A stretch of DNA of 64,000 bases from a bacterium (GTDB lineage Bacteria; UBA8248), in contig CBDATS010000008.1 in assembly GCA_965200245.1 (NCBI GenBank), forward strand, positions 333,183 through 397,182. Reading direction: 5' to 3'. A model generated the notes under the pieces. That model worked only from the letters and a program-made list of their open reading frames with translations, was not told the DNA's origin and searched no databases. The position numbers and the translations under genes are program-made. Position 1 is the stretch's first letter; every line of letters starts with the position of its first letter. Below are positions 10,726-21,300 of this stretch, piece after piece.

Positions 10726-11955
10726 TCAAAGCAGCAGGCGTTCGTCCATGCGCGAGCGCGTCAGTACCTCATGCCCGTCCTCTGTGATGAGCACTGTCTC
10801 CTCGATGCGCACACCGCCTCCTCCAGGCACGTCGGGTACCCAGATTAGCGGCTCGATGGCGAATACCATGCCCGGTTCCAGGTCCACCTCTTCGGAATCG
10901 GGGTCGGGTTCTCCGATGTAGGGAGGCTCATTGGGCGAGGTTCCCACCGCGTGGCCGATGCTGAGCGAGAACCAGTTCTTTCGCAAACCATACTTCTCGC
11001 CCGTCTCCCAGATTCGCTCGGCCACCTGTTTGTTCGAAAACCCGGGGCGGGTGCGCTCAAGACCCAGCTGAAGGGATTCATGCACGGCGGTGTATATCTC
11101 CTTTTGCCGTTTCGAGGGTTTGCCGCAGATCATCGTCCGGGCCACATCGCCGAAATATCCGTTCCACTGCGCGCCGATGTCGATGAACACCAAATCGCCG
11201 TTACGGATAATCTTGTCGCTAGCGAAGCGGCAGGGCGGCGACATGTGCTCGCCCGAGGCGACAAAGGGGGAAACCAGGTGCGCCATTTCGCCCCCATAGT
11301 GGTGGAGCACTTTCATAGCGTCTGCGGCCACGTCGCACTCGCGTTTTCCGGTACGCACGCTGTCCATGGCCTCTTCGTTCACGGCGTCGGCAATCGCGCA
11401 AGCCTCGCGGATCATGTAGACCTCCTCGGGCACCTTGTGTCTGCGCACCTTGTGCATGAACGAATCGCCGTTCACGAACTCCACGTCGTCCAGATATTTC
11501 CGGTAAGCGCTGAACTGGATGAACGTCATGAGGTCAAGGCCCACCCGTTTACCGATCAGGCCGAGTTCCTCAAAGAGGGGACGCAGGCTCTCGCGGACCA
11601 TCTTGTCCACGAGGGGTTGTTCCTCCATCTTCGCGAGGTGATGGAACTTCTCTATCCAGGGCATGTCGCGCGAAACGCGGGGTATCTCGCCCCCGTTGGT
11701 CATGATGTGCGCCTTGCCCTCTCGCGGGAGGATGACGGCGTTTCTCGTTCCTTCGCGGTGTGCCAGAAAAGAAGATCGCATGCTCGTAAGGTAACGTACG
11801 TTCTCGACCTTCCAGAGGAAGAGGGCGTCGATGTCCTGCTCGGCCATTGCCTTTTGCGCCCTGTCCACGCGCTTTTGGCGAAGCGCGCCCACATCGACAC
11901 GCTCCTCGTAGTCGACGATGAATTGGCCTCGCGCGAATCCCGGCATGAGTTTCAT
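10726..11955 (-). CDS. M24 family (Xaa-Pro peptidase-like) hydrolase with canonical metal ligands
   Basis: IDIGA...YFGDVART, GHAVG, IEP, RIEE. Confidence 0.88.
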   Translation of the reverse strand: MKLMPGFARGQFIVDYEERVDVGALRQKRVDRAQKAMAEQDIDALFLWKVENVRYLTSMRSSFLAHREGTRNAVILPREGKAHIMTNGGEIPRVSRDMPWIEKFHHLAKMEEQPLVDKMVRESLRPLFEELGLIGKRVGLDLMTFIQFSAYRKYLDDVEFVNGDSFMHKVRRHKVPEEVYMIREACAIADAVNEEAMDSVRTGKRECDVAADAMKVLHHYGGEMAHLVSPFVASGEHMSPPCRFASDKIIRNGDLVFIDIGAQWNGYFGDVARTMICGKPSKRQKEIYTAVHESLQLGLERTRPGFSNKQVAERIWETGEKYGLRKNWFSLSIGHAVGTSPNEPPYIGEPDPDSEEVDLEPGMVFAIEPLIWVPDVPGGGGVRIEETVLITEDGHEVLTRSRMDERLLL

Positions 11956-12036
11956 CTCCCGTAGTGGGGACGTCTGCGCGGCGGGTATGGAAACCTGCGA
12001 TTGACGCCCCGTATGTATTGCATGAAAAATGAACCG

Positions 12037-12420
12037 TTATTCAGGTTCTTCCACCAGTTCGATCACGACGTTGTCGGGCGCGATGATGAAAGCTGTCCGT
12101 GAACCCAGAACACCATCGCCCGGTTTTTTCGTGAAGACAACGCCCGCCTTCTCGAGGCGTTCGGCAACCTCGTCAAGGCCCGCCACCTGGATTCCGAAGT
12201 GGTGGAGACCGCGTCCCACCTTCGCCATCGAATCGTCCTCATCGGCTCTCAAGCCGCGAATGCGGATTTCCACCTCGCCCAACATGACGCTGATGTAGGG
12301 GGATCCACGGTATTCGATCTCGGGCGTGAACAACTCGCCGTCGAAGTGGTTGATATAGAAATCCGCCGCCGCCTGCGGGTCCTTGGCGACGTGGTGCACG
12401 TGATGAGTTCGTGACGCCAC
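12037..12420 (-). CDS. VOC/glyoxalase family protein
   Basis: HHVH, GLHHFG..V, AFI.APD.V.IEL; GGAGG RBS before GTG. Confidence 0.85.
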   Translation of the reverse strand: MASRTHHVHHVAKDPQAAADFYINHFDGELFTPEIEYRGSPYISVMLGEVEIRIRGLRADEDDSMAKVGRGLHHFGIQVAGLDEVAERLEKAGVVFTKKPGDGVLGSRTAFIIAPDNVVIELVEEPE

Positions 12421-12448
12421 CCTGTTTCCTCCCTTGTTCTCGGTGGGC

Positions 12449-13726
12449 CTATAGGCCGTCGCCAACGGAGACATATGCGCCGCCGGGCACGGGGTTTTCA
12501 TCGCCGCTTCGTGCGCCCCACTCGCCGGTGATGGCGTACATCGCGCGTACCTTCTTCATGTTGTTGCCGCCGTCGCTCGAAAATAGCATGTTGTGCGTGT
12601 CACGGAACCATTTTTCCAGGAAATTCTCGCGTTGCACGCCCACGCCCGCGTGAATCTCCATCGCCATCTTTGTAACGTCACACGAGATTTCATGCGCGAA
12701 GGCGCTGGCGGTGAGCGTCATGGGCGGGTCGATGGGAATCTCGTGTCGCATGTCCTGGCGCCACGCCGCATAGTGTACGTAGGCCCGCGCTGCCTGGATT
12801 TTCGTGTACATGTCGACGAGTTTGATGCCGACCGACTGGTGATGTGCGATGGGGCGTCCACTCTGGATGCGACCTTTCGCGAATTCGAGCGATTTCTCAT
12901 ACGCCGCGCGCGCCACGCCAATCTGGCCCGCCGCGTTGATGAGGGCGTCGCCGCGCAGGTGACGCCTGATGTAGGAGACGCCACAGTTCTCGGGGCCCAG
13001 TCGGTACTTGGCGGGGATTATCGCGTTATCGAAAATGATCTCCGCATTCTGGTTCAGACGGTAGCCCATCTTGTTGTGCACCTTGCCCATCTTCACGCCG
13101 GGTGCGTCCATGGGCACCATGAGGAGCGAAGCGCCCTGCTCGACGCCTACGTCGGGATTCGTGCGCACGAACGTGAACATGAGCCGCGCCCAGCCCACGT
13201 TGGAGATAAAGTGTTTTTTCCCATTCACAATGTAGTTGTCCCCGTCGAGCACGGCGGTGGTCTGGTATCCGCCGTCTGCTCCGTTGTAGGGGATCTGGTT
13301 CTCGGACCCCGAAACAGGCTCGGTAGTCGCCGTGCCGATCAAGAACGTGGGGTCGTTCACGTACTCGCGCATCCAGTAGTCCGCCAGTTCCGGGTCTCCC
13401 AAAAGCTCGCTTGAGAGGATGTGGGAGATCTTTGTGGAAGAGAGCATGAATCCCGTGGCACCCCTGTCGCCCCAGGATATCTCCTCGCCCACAATGCAGT
13501 GGGTGAGCAGGTCGTCCACGCCGCCGCCGCCGTATTCCTTGGGGATACTCATCGTTCTGAGACCCGTCTTGTCGAGTTTTTCGAGAAGATGGGGCATGTA
13601 GGCGCATTCCAGCGGGTCTTCCTTGTGGTCCAGTTCCAGGCTGATGGGCCGGATTTCGTCCCGCGCGAATTCATGCGCGACTCTTTGGTACTCTTTTTGC
13701 TCATCCGTCATTCGGTAGTCGTACAT
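12449..13726 (-). CDS. Acyl-CoA dehydrogenase family protein
   Basis: IPKEYGGGG, TEP.SGS, NGKKHFISN, KMGYR, GVARAA, R.Q.G.PI..HQ. Confidence 0.92.
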   Translation of the reverse strand: MYDYRMTDEQKEYQRVAHEFARDEIRPISLELDHKEDPLECAYMPHLLEKLDKTGLRTMSIPKEYGGGGVDDLLTHCIVGEEISWGDRGATGFMLSSTKISHILSSELLGDPELADYWMREYVNDPTFLIGTATTEPVSGSENQIPYNGADGGYQTTAVLDGDNYIVNGKKHFISNVGWARLMFTFVRTNPDVGVEQGASLLMVPMDAPGVKMGKVHNKMGYRLNQNAEIIFDNAIIPAKYRLGPENCGVSYIRRHLRGDALINAAGQIGVARAAYEKSLEFAKGRIQSGRPIAHHQSVGIKLVDMYTKIQAARAYVHYAAWRQDMRHEIPIDPPMTLTASAFAHEISCDVTKMAMEIHAGVGVQRENFLEKWFRDTHNMLFSSDGGNNMKKVRAMYAITGEWGARSGDENPVPGGAYVSVGDGL

Positions 13727-13771
13727 CGGTCTCCTTCCTTCCCAGGTGAAGGCGGGTTTGTCCCGCCGTGT

Positions 13772-14803
13772 CTAATTGCCTTCTTCGAGCACCTCGGCTA
13801 CTTCCACGGGCTCACCGCGCTCCCATGAGCGCATCGCCGCCCACACCGCGCCGAGAACGTGGAGTCCCTCGGCTCCGCCCACTTCGGGCAGGCGGCCTTC
13901 GCGGACGGCGCCTTCGAAATCCCTGAATTCTTCGATCAAATAATCCTGTCTGGGGTATTCCTCGTAGGGAATCTCTTCACGCTTCTCCCCGTCTTTGCGA
14001 AGGATTTTGATGCCCTCCCACCTGTCGTGGTAGAGGTTCGCCTCATCCCCGTAGGCGTTCATGAAGTAGGTGTAGCGTCCGTTTGGCGTGCGAGGGCTGA
14101 TGAAACTCGTCCCAAGCGTGCCGAGCAGGCCGGATTCGAATTCGAACCACACGACGCTCACATCGGGGATTTCCGATTTCGTCTTCACCTTGCTGAACGC
14201 CGCCGACGCTCGCTTTATCGGCCCGTAGAGATAGAGGAGGTTGTCCACCTGGTGGATGGCCACCTGAAGCAGCGGGCCGCCGGGAGAGCCTTCCCTGTAC
14301 CATTGCCAGTTGTCCGGCGTGTAGTGAAGCCCCCGGTCGTTCGAATAGTTGGTCTCGGCCATCGCGAGGGTGCCGATGGTTCCCTCATCGAGTAGTTGCT
14401 TGAACAGGCGATGGCCCCGGAGCCACCTCGAACTTGCGCCCACCGCCAAGGTGACGCCTGCGTCCTCGCAGGTGCGGATCATCTTCCTGGCGTCCGGCAG
14501 GGTGGCGGCTATCGGCTTGTCCACGAACACGTGTTTCCCTTGCTCGGCCGCCGCCATGGCGAGCTCGGCATGCTTGTTGTTGGGTGCTGCGATGACTACG
14601 GCATCTACCTCGGGGTGTCGCACCACCGCCTCGTAGCTCTCCTCCTCGCCGCAAGAAAATTTTTCGCGGAACGCCTTTCTTTTTTCGGGCGTTCTGGTGA
14701 AGCAGGTGGTGATTTTCATCCCGGGCGTTCTTTCGATGTAGGACGCCAGGGTGTTGCCCCAGCGGCCTAGCCCGACAACGGCTACCCTCAACGGATCGCT
14801 CAT
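13772..14803 (-). CDS. Gfo/Idh/MocA family oxidoreductase
   Basis: VVGLGRWG, GKHVFVDKP, GGPL....IH.VD; start MSDPLR. Confidence 0.9.
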   Translation of the reverse strand: MSDPLRVAVVGLGRWGNTLASYIERTPGMKITTCFTRTPEKRKAFREKFSCGEEESYEAVVRHPEVDAVVIAAPNNKHAELAMAAAEQGKHVFVDKPIAATLPDARKMIRTCEDAGVTLAVGASSRWLRGHRLFKQLLDEGTIGTLAMAETNYSNDRGLHYTPDNWQWYREGSPGGPLLQVAIHQVDNLLYLYGPIKRASAAFSKVKTKSEIPDVSVVWFEFESGLLGTLGTSFISPRTPNGRYTYFMNAYGDEANLYHDRWEGIKILRKDGEKREEIPYEEYPRQDYLIEEFRDFEGAVREGRLPEVGGAEGLHVLGAVWAAMRSWERGEPVEVAEVLEEGN

Positions 14804-14832
14804 CTTGTTTCTCTCCTCATCACGCAACGAAC

Positions 14833-15738
14833 TCACAACGATTTCAAACGCGGATCCAGCACGTTTCTCAGCCAGTCGCCCACCAGGTTTGCTCCCAGAA
14901 CCGTTACTGTAATCGCCAAACCGGGCAGGGTGACGACCCACCAGGAGGTGTAAAGGTGCACCTTGCCGTCACTGAGCAGACCGCCCCATGTGGGCGTGGG
15001 CGGCGGCACGCCCAGTCCCAGGAAGCTCAGGCCCGCCTCGATGATTATCATCCGTCCCAGATAGAGGGAGGCGATGATGATGACGGGTGCCAGGACGTTC
15101 GGAAGAATGTGGCGGACGATGATGCGGAAATGACTTCCGCCGATGCTCCGCGCTGCCTGGACGAACTCCTGCTCGCGCAACGTGAGCACTTCGCCGCGTA
15201 CGACACGGGCGTAGATGACCCAGATGCGCATTGACATCACGAATATGAGTACGACGAGGCTCGGCCCCACGATGGCGATGGTCGCCAGTGCCAGCAGGAT
15301 GAACGGAAACGAGAGTACCAGATCAACGAGCCGCATGAGCAGGAAATCCACTTTTCCGCCGAAATAGCCCGCCACCAGTCCCACGCAAAGCCCGAAGCAT
15401 CCGGTGAGCAAGACGGCGAAAAAGCCCACCAGCAGCGATATGCGCGCGCCGTAGATGAGTCTACTCAGGAAATCCCGTCCCAGGTGGTCCGTGCCGAGCA
15501 GGTAAATTTGCTGACCGTCCGACCACATGGGCGGTTTCAGGTTTCTGTCCAGCATTTGTGCCTGGGGGTCCATGGGCGCGAGCAGCGGCGCGAAGACGGC
15601 CATGATCACCACCGACAGGAGGATCACGAAGCCCAGGAGCGCTGATTTATCTTTCCACAGAGATGTCCATACTTTCGGGCGCTTGGGGAGCGTTTCGAGC
15701 TCCATGGATTCCTGAATGGCGAGTGTTTGTTCTCTCAT
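14833..15738 (-). CDS. Dpp/Opp-type ABC permease (DppC-like)
   Basis: LGTD.LGRD..SRL.YGAR, EFV.AARSIG, EAGLSFLGLG. Confidence 0.93.
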   Translation of the reverse strand: MREQTLAIQESMELETLPKRPKVWTSLWKDKSALLGFVILLSVVIMAVFAPLLAPMDPQAQMLDRNLKPPMWSDGQQIYLLGTDHLGRDFLSRLIYGARISLLVGFFAVLLTGCFGLCVGLVAGYFGGKVDFLLMRLVDLVLSFPFILLALATIAIVGPSLVVLIFVMSMRIWVIYARVVRGEVLTLREQEFVQAARSIGGSHFRIIVRHILPNVLAPVIIIASLYLGRMIIIEAGLSFLGLGVPPPTPTWGGLLSDGKVHLYTSWWVVTLPGLAITVTVLGANLVGDWLRNVLDPRLKSL

Positions 15739-16652
15739 TCGTAGGTAATCCTCGGGTCGAGATAGGCGTAGACCAGATCCACGGTCAGATTGATCAGCAC
15801 GAACCCTGACGCCAGAAGAAAGACAGCGGCCTGGACGATCGGGAAATCACGGTTCGCGATTGAATCGACCACCAGCCGTCCGACCCCCGGCCACGCGAAA
15901 ACCACCTCGATGATCACCGTGCCGCCAAGGAGAATACCCAGATCCAGCCCCATGACGGTCACGATCGGAATCGAGGAATTTTTCAGGGTATGCACCATGA
16001 GCACGATTTTTTCGCTCATCCCCTTCGCCCGCGCCGTCATGATGTAGTCCTGGCGCAATACCTCCAGCATCTGGGAGCGCATGAGCCTTGCGAGCCGGGC
16101 GAGGTGATACGTGGAGGCGGCGAAAGCCGGCATGATGAAATGCTCCCACCCCCCGCGACCGAAAGACGGCAGAAGCCCCAGTGTCACCGAGAAGAACATG
16201 ATGAACATGATCGCCAGCCAGAAATCGGGGACCGCCTGCATCAGCACGGTGATACCCACGCAGCCTTTGTCGTAGGATGAGCCTTCCTTGAATGCCGCCA
16301 GACACCCGAAGGGAATACCGATGAGCACGGCAAAGACGAAGGCCCCCACTGCCATCTCTATCGTCGCCGGGAAGTGTTCCAGGACAAGTCCCATGGCTGA
16401 TTCACCGTGTTCGGTGGATTCGCCGAAATTCCCCTGCAGGGCGTTTTGGAAAAAACGCCCGTACTGCACGTAGAGCGGCTGGTCGAACCCCATGAGTTTT
16501 CGCAGGTGCTCGATGTCTTCCTGGGTCGCATCGGTATCGAGCATCACGAGAACAGGGTCGCCCGTCATGTGGAGCAGGAGAAACACGATAATCATGACGC
16601 ACTTGAGGAGGACTATTGCCTGGAGCAAGCGCTTTACAACGTATCCGGCCAT
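15735..16652 (-). CDS. Dpp/Opp-type ABC permease (DppB-like)
   Basis: GDP, PATIE, PDFW, QDYI.TARAKG, IE.VF.WPGVG. Confidence 0.93.
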   Translation of the reverse strand: MAGYVVKRLLQAIVLLKCVMIIVFLLLHMTGDPVLVMLDTDATQEDIEHLRKLMGFDQPLYVQYGRFFQNALQGNFGESTEHGESAMGLVLEHFPATIEMAVGAFVFAVLIGIPFGCLAAFKEGSSYDKGCVGITVLMQAVPDFWLAIMFIMFFSVTLGLLPSFGRGGWEHFIMPAFAASTYHLARLARLMRSQMLEVLRQDYIMTARAKGMSEKIVLMVHTLKNSSIPIVTVMGLDLGILLGGTVIIEVVFAWPGVGRLVVDSIANRDFPIVQAAVFLLASGFVLINLTVDLVYAYLDPRITYE

Positions 16653-16768
16653 AAGAACCACCCTGCGGCAAGGAAATCCGGTTTTTGAATTTCGAGGACG
16701 ATGTCTGCCTCTCCGCCACTGGGCTGCGTCAGATGCGAATCACCCGACTGTGGGCGTTTCGCGCACTT

Positions 16769-16807
16769 CTCCGGCCAGGGCGGGTTTGCGCCTGCGCCTG
16801 GCCGGAG
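16769..16807 (-). other. GC-rich stem-loop downstream of SBP gene
   Basis: CTCCGGCCAGG ... CCTGGCCGGAG inverted repeat in the SBP-permease intergenic region. Confidence 0.6.
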
Positions 16808-16833
16808 CTTCGCCTCGAACCAGGGAAATGGAT

Positions 16834-18348
16834 CTACTTCAAGCCGACCTCGGCGGCTATCAGCTTCCCGTCGGCGCGCGGTTTCCAGTTTATCTTCTTG
16901 TTCGCGCCGAAGATACGGAAGGTCTGATACAGCGGAATGATCGGCACCTTCTTGTGTCGCAGCACGCTTGCGATGTTCTGGTATTTCTTCTCCCGTGCCT
17001 TGTCGTCCAGTGTTGAGCGCGCATCATTGATCATCGCGTCAACGGCCTTGTCGCGGAACCCGCCGTAGGCCGAGCGGCTGCTGATGGCGCCTGCGAACAT
17101 GTGCTCGGCGCTGAAGGCCGTGTTCATGCGCGCAAGATAGTAGAGGAACGGTTTCACGTTCTTCTTATACTTGCTGAAGATCACCTTCTTCATCGCGCCC
17201 CATTCCATCACGCGGACGTTCGCCTTGAGGCCGACCTTTGCCCACTGGCCCGCGATGCCCTCGAGTGCCTCCTTGCCCATCATGAAACGTCCGCGGGGGA
17301 TGTACACGTCGAAGGAGAATCCTTTCGGGAATCCGGCCTCGGCGAGCAACTTCTTCGCCTTTGCGGGATCGTAGGGATAGGGCTTGAGTTCGGGGTTGTA
17401 GCCGAAACTCGCGGGACCCTGGATGATCGCCACCGACTTGGCGAAGCCCATCATCACGTTTTTGGTGATGGCCTCGCGGTTGATGGCGAGGTTCATGGCC
17501 CGGCGCACCCGCACATCCATCCAGGGTGCCCCCTCCTTGATGACCATCAGGATGTAGTTGGTGCGTGGCGACTGCTTGGCGATGACGTCCGTCTTGCCAC
17601 TCGCGCGGACGCGTTCGCTCAGGGCCGGAGGCAGATTGTCGATCACGTCCACATCGCCCGAGATAAGCGCGGAGACGCGCGTGGTGGACTCGGGAATGAA
17701 TTTCACCACCGCCGTCTTCACCCTGGGCTTTCTCCAGGCGTTGGGGTTCGCCTCGTAGACGACCTCTTGGCCCTTGCGCCATCTCTTCATCACGAAGGGC
17801 CCGCTTCCCACCGGGTTGCGGGAGAGGTGTTTCTTGTCGTGTTTCTTGTAGTAGTTGGGTGGCACGATGAAGCCGTAGATTGCCAGAAACGGCGGGAGCA
17901 TGGGGTCGGGTTTTTTCGTGTGAATCCGGACCGTGTGTTCATCGACCACTTCCAGCTTCGCCATGCTCTTGAAGTAGCGGTATTGTCTCGATTTCATCTT
18001 GGGGTCGAGAATCCGCTCGAAACTGAATTTCACGGCCTCTGCGTTCACAGGGTCTCCGTTGCTGAACTTCACGCCCTTCCTGATCTTGAACTCCCACACC
18101 TTGGGGCTCACCATCTTGTAGCTTTCGGCGAGCTGGTTCGTCATGGAGCCGTCGGGAGCGCGCGCGAGCAGCGTCTCGAAGACGTTGGGATGGTGCATCG
18201 AAATCGGCAGGGAAGAGAAGGTGTGCGGATCGAACGTCGTCAGCGCACCGGCCATCCCCAGCACCACCTTCCCCTTAGGCGCCGCCTTTACTCCCGCGGA
18301 GAGCAGCAACAGCGATAGTACGACCATCCAGAGCCAAAGCCTCTTCAT
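16834..18348 (-). CDS. ABC substrate-binding protein, family 5 (DppA-like)
   Basis: Signal peptide; FDP, LAES, KGVKF.NG, PVGSGPF, VRRAMN.AINR. Confidence 0.93.
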   Translation of the reverse strand: MKRLWLWMVVLSLLLLSAGVKAAPKGKVVLGMAGALTTFDPHTFSSLPISMHHPNVFETLLARAPDGSMTNQLAESYKMVSPKVWEFKIRKGVKFSNGDPVNAEAVKFSFERILDPKMKSRQYRYFKSMAKLEVVDEHTVRIHTKKPDPMLPPFLAIYGFIVPPNYYKKHDKKHLSRNPVGSGPFVMKRWRKGQEVVYEANPNAWRKPRVKTAVVKFIPESTTRVSALISGDVDVIDNLPPALSERVRASGKTDVIAKQSPRTNYILMVIKEGAPWMDVRVRRAMNLAINREAITKNVMMGFAKSVAIIQGPASFGYNPELKPYPYDPAKAKKLLAEAGFPKGFSFDVYIPRGRFMMGKEALEGIAGQWAKVGLKANVRVMEWGAMKKVIFSKYKKNVKPFLYYLARMNTAFSAEHMFAGAISSRSAYGGFRDKAVDAMINDARSTLDDKAREKKYQNIASVLRHKKVPIIPLYQTFRIFGANKKINWKPRADGKLIAAEVGLK

Positions 18349-18384
18349 CTCGTGTCCTCCTTTAGATAAGAATCAAACAAGCCG

Positions 18385-19527
18385 TCAGAGACAAACCAGT
18401 TCATCCGTACTCGTGTTCAGTGGTTCATGGCCATCTTCGGTGACCAGATAGGTTTCGCCCCAGAAAATCTGGCGATTGGATCCCAGGTTGAACATGGGGT
18501 GTGTCGTCACCACCATGCCGGGCTGCAACTCTCCCTCGGAGATCGGTGTGATCATGTAATCGGTAAGATCCAGGCCCGTAAGATGCACGAGGCCATAGGG
18601 CCACACCTCGTAGCCATGCTTTTCGAATACGTCGTTCATCGCCGTGACCATGCCGACCATCGGCTCTCCCGGCTTCATGTGCTCCAAGGAAGCGTCACGC
18701 GCCTCGCGCACCACCTGATGGGAATCGACCAGCCATTTTTCCGCATCGCCCAGCGCCAGAACCCGCACGATCTGGTTCCAGTAACCTCGAACGCGCGGGG
18801 AGATTTCCAGCAGCACAGCGTCGCCTTGCCTGATGGGCCTATTCGTCTGGGGGATGACGTAGCCCCACGGTGCTTCGCCGCCGTTGGCCATGCTGGCGAG
18901 GCCCATCATGTTGAAGTTTTCGGTTCCCCCCTCGGGGATGATCACCCTGTCCATCTCGGCGCGCATGTCGAGTTCCGTCACCCCTTCGTGGATGAATTCG
19001 CACAGATGATTCCACACCTTGTCGCCGAGCCGGGCCGCGTGGCGCGACATTTCGACTTCCTCTTCGCTTTGCACGAGACGCAACTTCCAGATCAACTCTC
19101 CCGCCTCCACCCATTCGGCGGCGCTCACCTGATCCAGAAGCTGCTGATGCCAGGCCACGGGAATGAGGGCGAGCGAGGAGATACCGATTCTCGAGCTTGA
19201 GGAGGTGATTTCGTTCAGGTAGTTGCACACCTGTTTCGGGACGGGCATCAGCGCCTCACAGCGCGTGTCGGTGATCCAGCCGTTCCGCAAGGATTCGATT
19301 CTCTGGTTCTCCACCCCCACGAACAGGACGGGTTCTCCCTCGCGCGGGAAAACCAGCATCTGCTGACCGGAGAACGAGATGAAATTGCTGACGTAGGCCA
19401 GGTTACCCGTACGCGGTCCCTGGCGGCCGCTGTTACCGTAGACGACGAGAATATCCAGGTTCTCGCGCTCCATTTCTGCCCTGAGATTCGCGTGACGGCG
19501 GTCACGCTCTTTGGTCGATAATCCCAA
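18385..19527 (-). CDS. M24/creatinase-fold protein with non-canonical metal ligands
   Basis: Creatinase-type N domain plus pita-bread domain; ligand positions read LLEIS, YWNQIVR, VHLTG, THP, WGET. Confidence 0.8.
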   Translation of the reverse strand: MGLSTKERDRRHANLRAEMERENLDILVVYGNSGRQGPRTGNLAYVSNFISFSGQQMLVFPREGEPVLFVGVENQRIESLRNGWITDTRCEALMPVPKQVCNYLNEITSSSSRIGISSLALIPVAWHQQLLDQVSAAEWVEAGELIWKLRLVQSEEEVEMSRHAARLGDKVWNHLCEFIHEGVTELDMRAEMDRVIIPEGGTENFNMMGLASMANGGEAPWGYVIPQTNRPIRQGDAVLLEISPRVRGYWNQIVRVLALGDAEKWLVDSHQVVREARDASLEHMKPGEPMVGMVTAMNDVFEKHGYEVWPYGLVHLTGLDLTDYMITPISEGELQPGMVVTTHPMFNLGSNRQIFWGETYLVTEDGHEPLNTSTDELVCL

Positions 19528-19554
19528 CTTTCCTCTCCTTCGCGTTGCGCATTG

Positions 19555-20307
19555 TTAGAAGATCACCTTCCCGCCCGAGACAGCCATGTTCACGCCGGTC
19601 ACGTAGGCGGCCTCATCACTGCAGAAAAATACCACGGCGCCACCGACATCCTCGAAGCGTCCGAGACGCTTCATGGGGATGGCGTCGATGTATTCTCGTT
19701 GGTAATCGTCAGAATGGAGTATCGGCCGCTCCGTTTCGGTGAGGCCCGGCGAGACCATGTTCACTGTCACGCCGTAGGGGCCCGTTTCCACAGCCAGGTT
19801 TTGCGAGAAATACAGGAGCGCGGATTTTACAGTCCCGTAGGAGTTCGTGCGCGCGCGTTTCTCGCCCAGCACAGTAGACAAGATGTTGACGATACGGCCC
19901 CAGCCCCTCTTCTGCATGCCCGGCAGTGCCGCTCGGCAGCAATGGAAAGCGCCCTTCAGCATCACCTGTATCTGGGGCTCATAGTCCTCCTCCCAGGTCA
20001 TCTCCATGAAGGCCCTGCCCTTCACCAGTTGCCGCGCGTTGTTCACGAGGATATCTATGCCGCCCATGTGATTCTCGCATTCTTCGAACATGCGCGCCAC
20101 ATCGTCATATCGACTCACGTCGGCCTGCACGCTGAACGCCTTGCCGCCTTCGTCCCGAATCGTTTTTGCGGTCTCCTGCGCTGCCGCCTCGCCGGCGTGG
20201 TAGTGCACGGCGACCGCGGCACCCTCTCGCGCCAAAGCGTGGGCGATAGCTTTGCCGATGCCCCGCGTAGCGCCTGTGACGAGCGCGGTGCGTCCTTCGA
20301 GTTTCAT
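19555..20307 (-). CDS. Short-chain dehydrogenase/reductase (FabG-like)
   Basis: TGATRGIG, LVNNA, YGTVK, VSPG; start MKLEGRT. Confidence 0.92.
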   Translation of the reverse strand: MKLEGRTALVTGATRGIGKAIAHALAREGAAVAVHYHAGEAAAQETAKTIRDEGGKAFSVQADVSRYDDVARMFEECENHMGGIDILVNNARQLVKGRAFMEMTWEEDYEPQIQVMLKGAFHCCRAALPGMQKRGWGRIVNILSTVLGEKRARTNSYGTVKSALLYFSQNLAVETGPYGVTVNMVSPGLTETERPILHSDDYQREYIDAIPMKRLGRFEDVGGAVVFFCSDEAAYVTGVNMAVSGGKVIF

Positions 20308-20408
20308 GCGGAACTCACTCAAAGCGTGAACGAAAAATATATCCCAGCGAAGAACGAAAACGATTCTCGCATCCAGTGCCATAAAGAAAATGACAATCAA
20401 ACCTTGAA

Positions 20409-20434
20409 TAATGGTATTATATTCAATACCATTA
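20409..20434. promoter_or_regulatory. Candidate GntR/HutC operator in divergent promoter region
   Basis: Perfect inverted repeat TAATGGTATT-atattc-AATACCATTA in the AT-rich spacer between the SDR operon and the GntR gene. Confidence 0.65.
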
Positions 20435-20538
20435 AAGACCGCAAGTATTATCTTCATGAAGAAACTATTTTATAACGAAGTTGCAATATGTAAAAATTGC
20501 GCTTGATCTGAGACTTGAAGCCCGTCGATTTATGGGGC

Positions 20539-21300
20539 ATGGAAAGCGAGGAGAAAATGCGGGAACTGATTGCGGAAAAACCGTTTTCGAACGAGTTCGT
20601 TCCCTACTATTACCAGATTGCGAATCTCTTGCGTGCCAAGATCGAAAGCGGGGAACTCTTCGCGGGCATGAAACTCCCGAAGGAACTGGACCTTTCCAAA
20701 CATTTCGGTGTCAGTCGGGTCACCCTGCGACAGGCCCTCGCCATATTGCAGAAAGAAGGGCTTCTGACGCGCGAGCGGCGAAAGGGCACGTTCGTGAACC
20801 ACGGGGGCGTGAAATCGAAGATGATTCAACTCACCGGCGTTGTCTGGGAAGAGGATGTCGGAGGGGCGGATATGCAGGTCATTTTGACGGAAGAAGTGGA
20901 CGCTTCGGCAAGGCTTCAGGAATTCTTTCGTCTGGGCAACGGGGAGAAGTTGACCATGTTCGAGCGACTCAGGATGGCGGAGAAAGCACCCCTTTGCTAC
21001 GTGATGAATTACCTGCCCCGAAAACTCGCGAATGACGTTCTGCCGGAAGATATCCGCAAACGCAGTATGCTCCACATCCTGAAGAGTCGGTTGAAAATCC
21101 CGCTGGGCAAGATTCAGCAGACGTTCGAGGCACGCACCGCGGATAGTGACGTCGCGGACCATCTTTCCATCGGCGTCCTGGCGCCGGTCTTGTATGTGGA
21201 AACTTTTGTGTACAGCAAAGGCGGGGAGCCTGTTGAATTCTCCCAGATATATTACCGGGGAGATCAGCACAGGTACAGAGTGGAGCTCGTGAGCGAGTAG
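20539..21300 (+). CDS. GntR family regulator, HutC subfamily (UTRA domain)
   Basis: PYYYQIA, LP.E..L...FGVSR.T.RQAL, KGTFV, C-terminal UTRA (YRGD); start uncertain (20515/20539/20557). Confidence 0.92.
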   Translation: MESEEKMRELIAEKPFSNEFVPYYYQIANLLRAKIESGELFAGMKLPKELDLSKHFGVSRVTLRQALAILQKEGLLTRERRKGTFVNHGGVKSKMIQLTGVVWEEDVGGADMQVILTEEVDASARLQEFFRLGNGEKLTMFERLRMAEKAPLCYVMNYLPRKLANDVLPEDIRKRSMLHILKSRLKIPLGKIQQTFEARTADSDVADHLSIGVLAPVLYVETFVYSKGGEPVEFSQIYYRGDQHRYRVELVSE

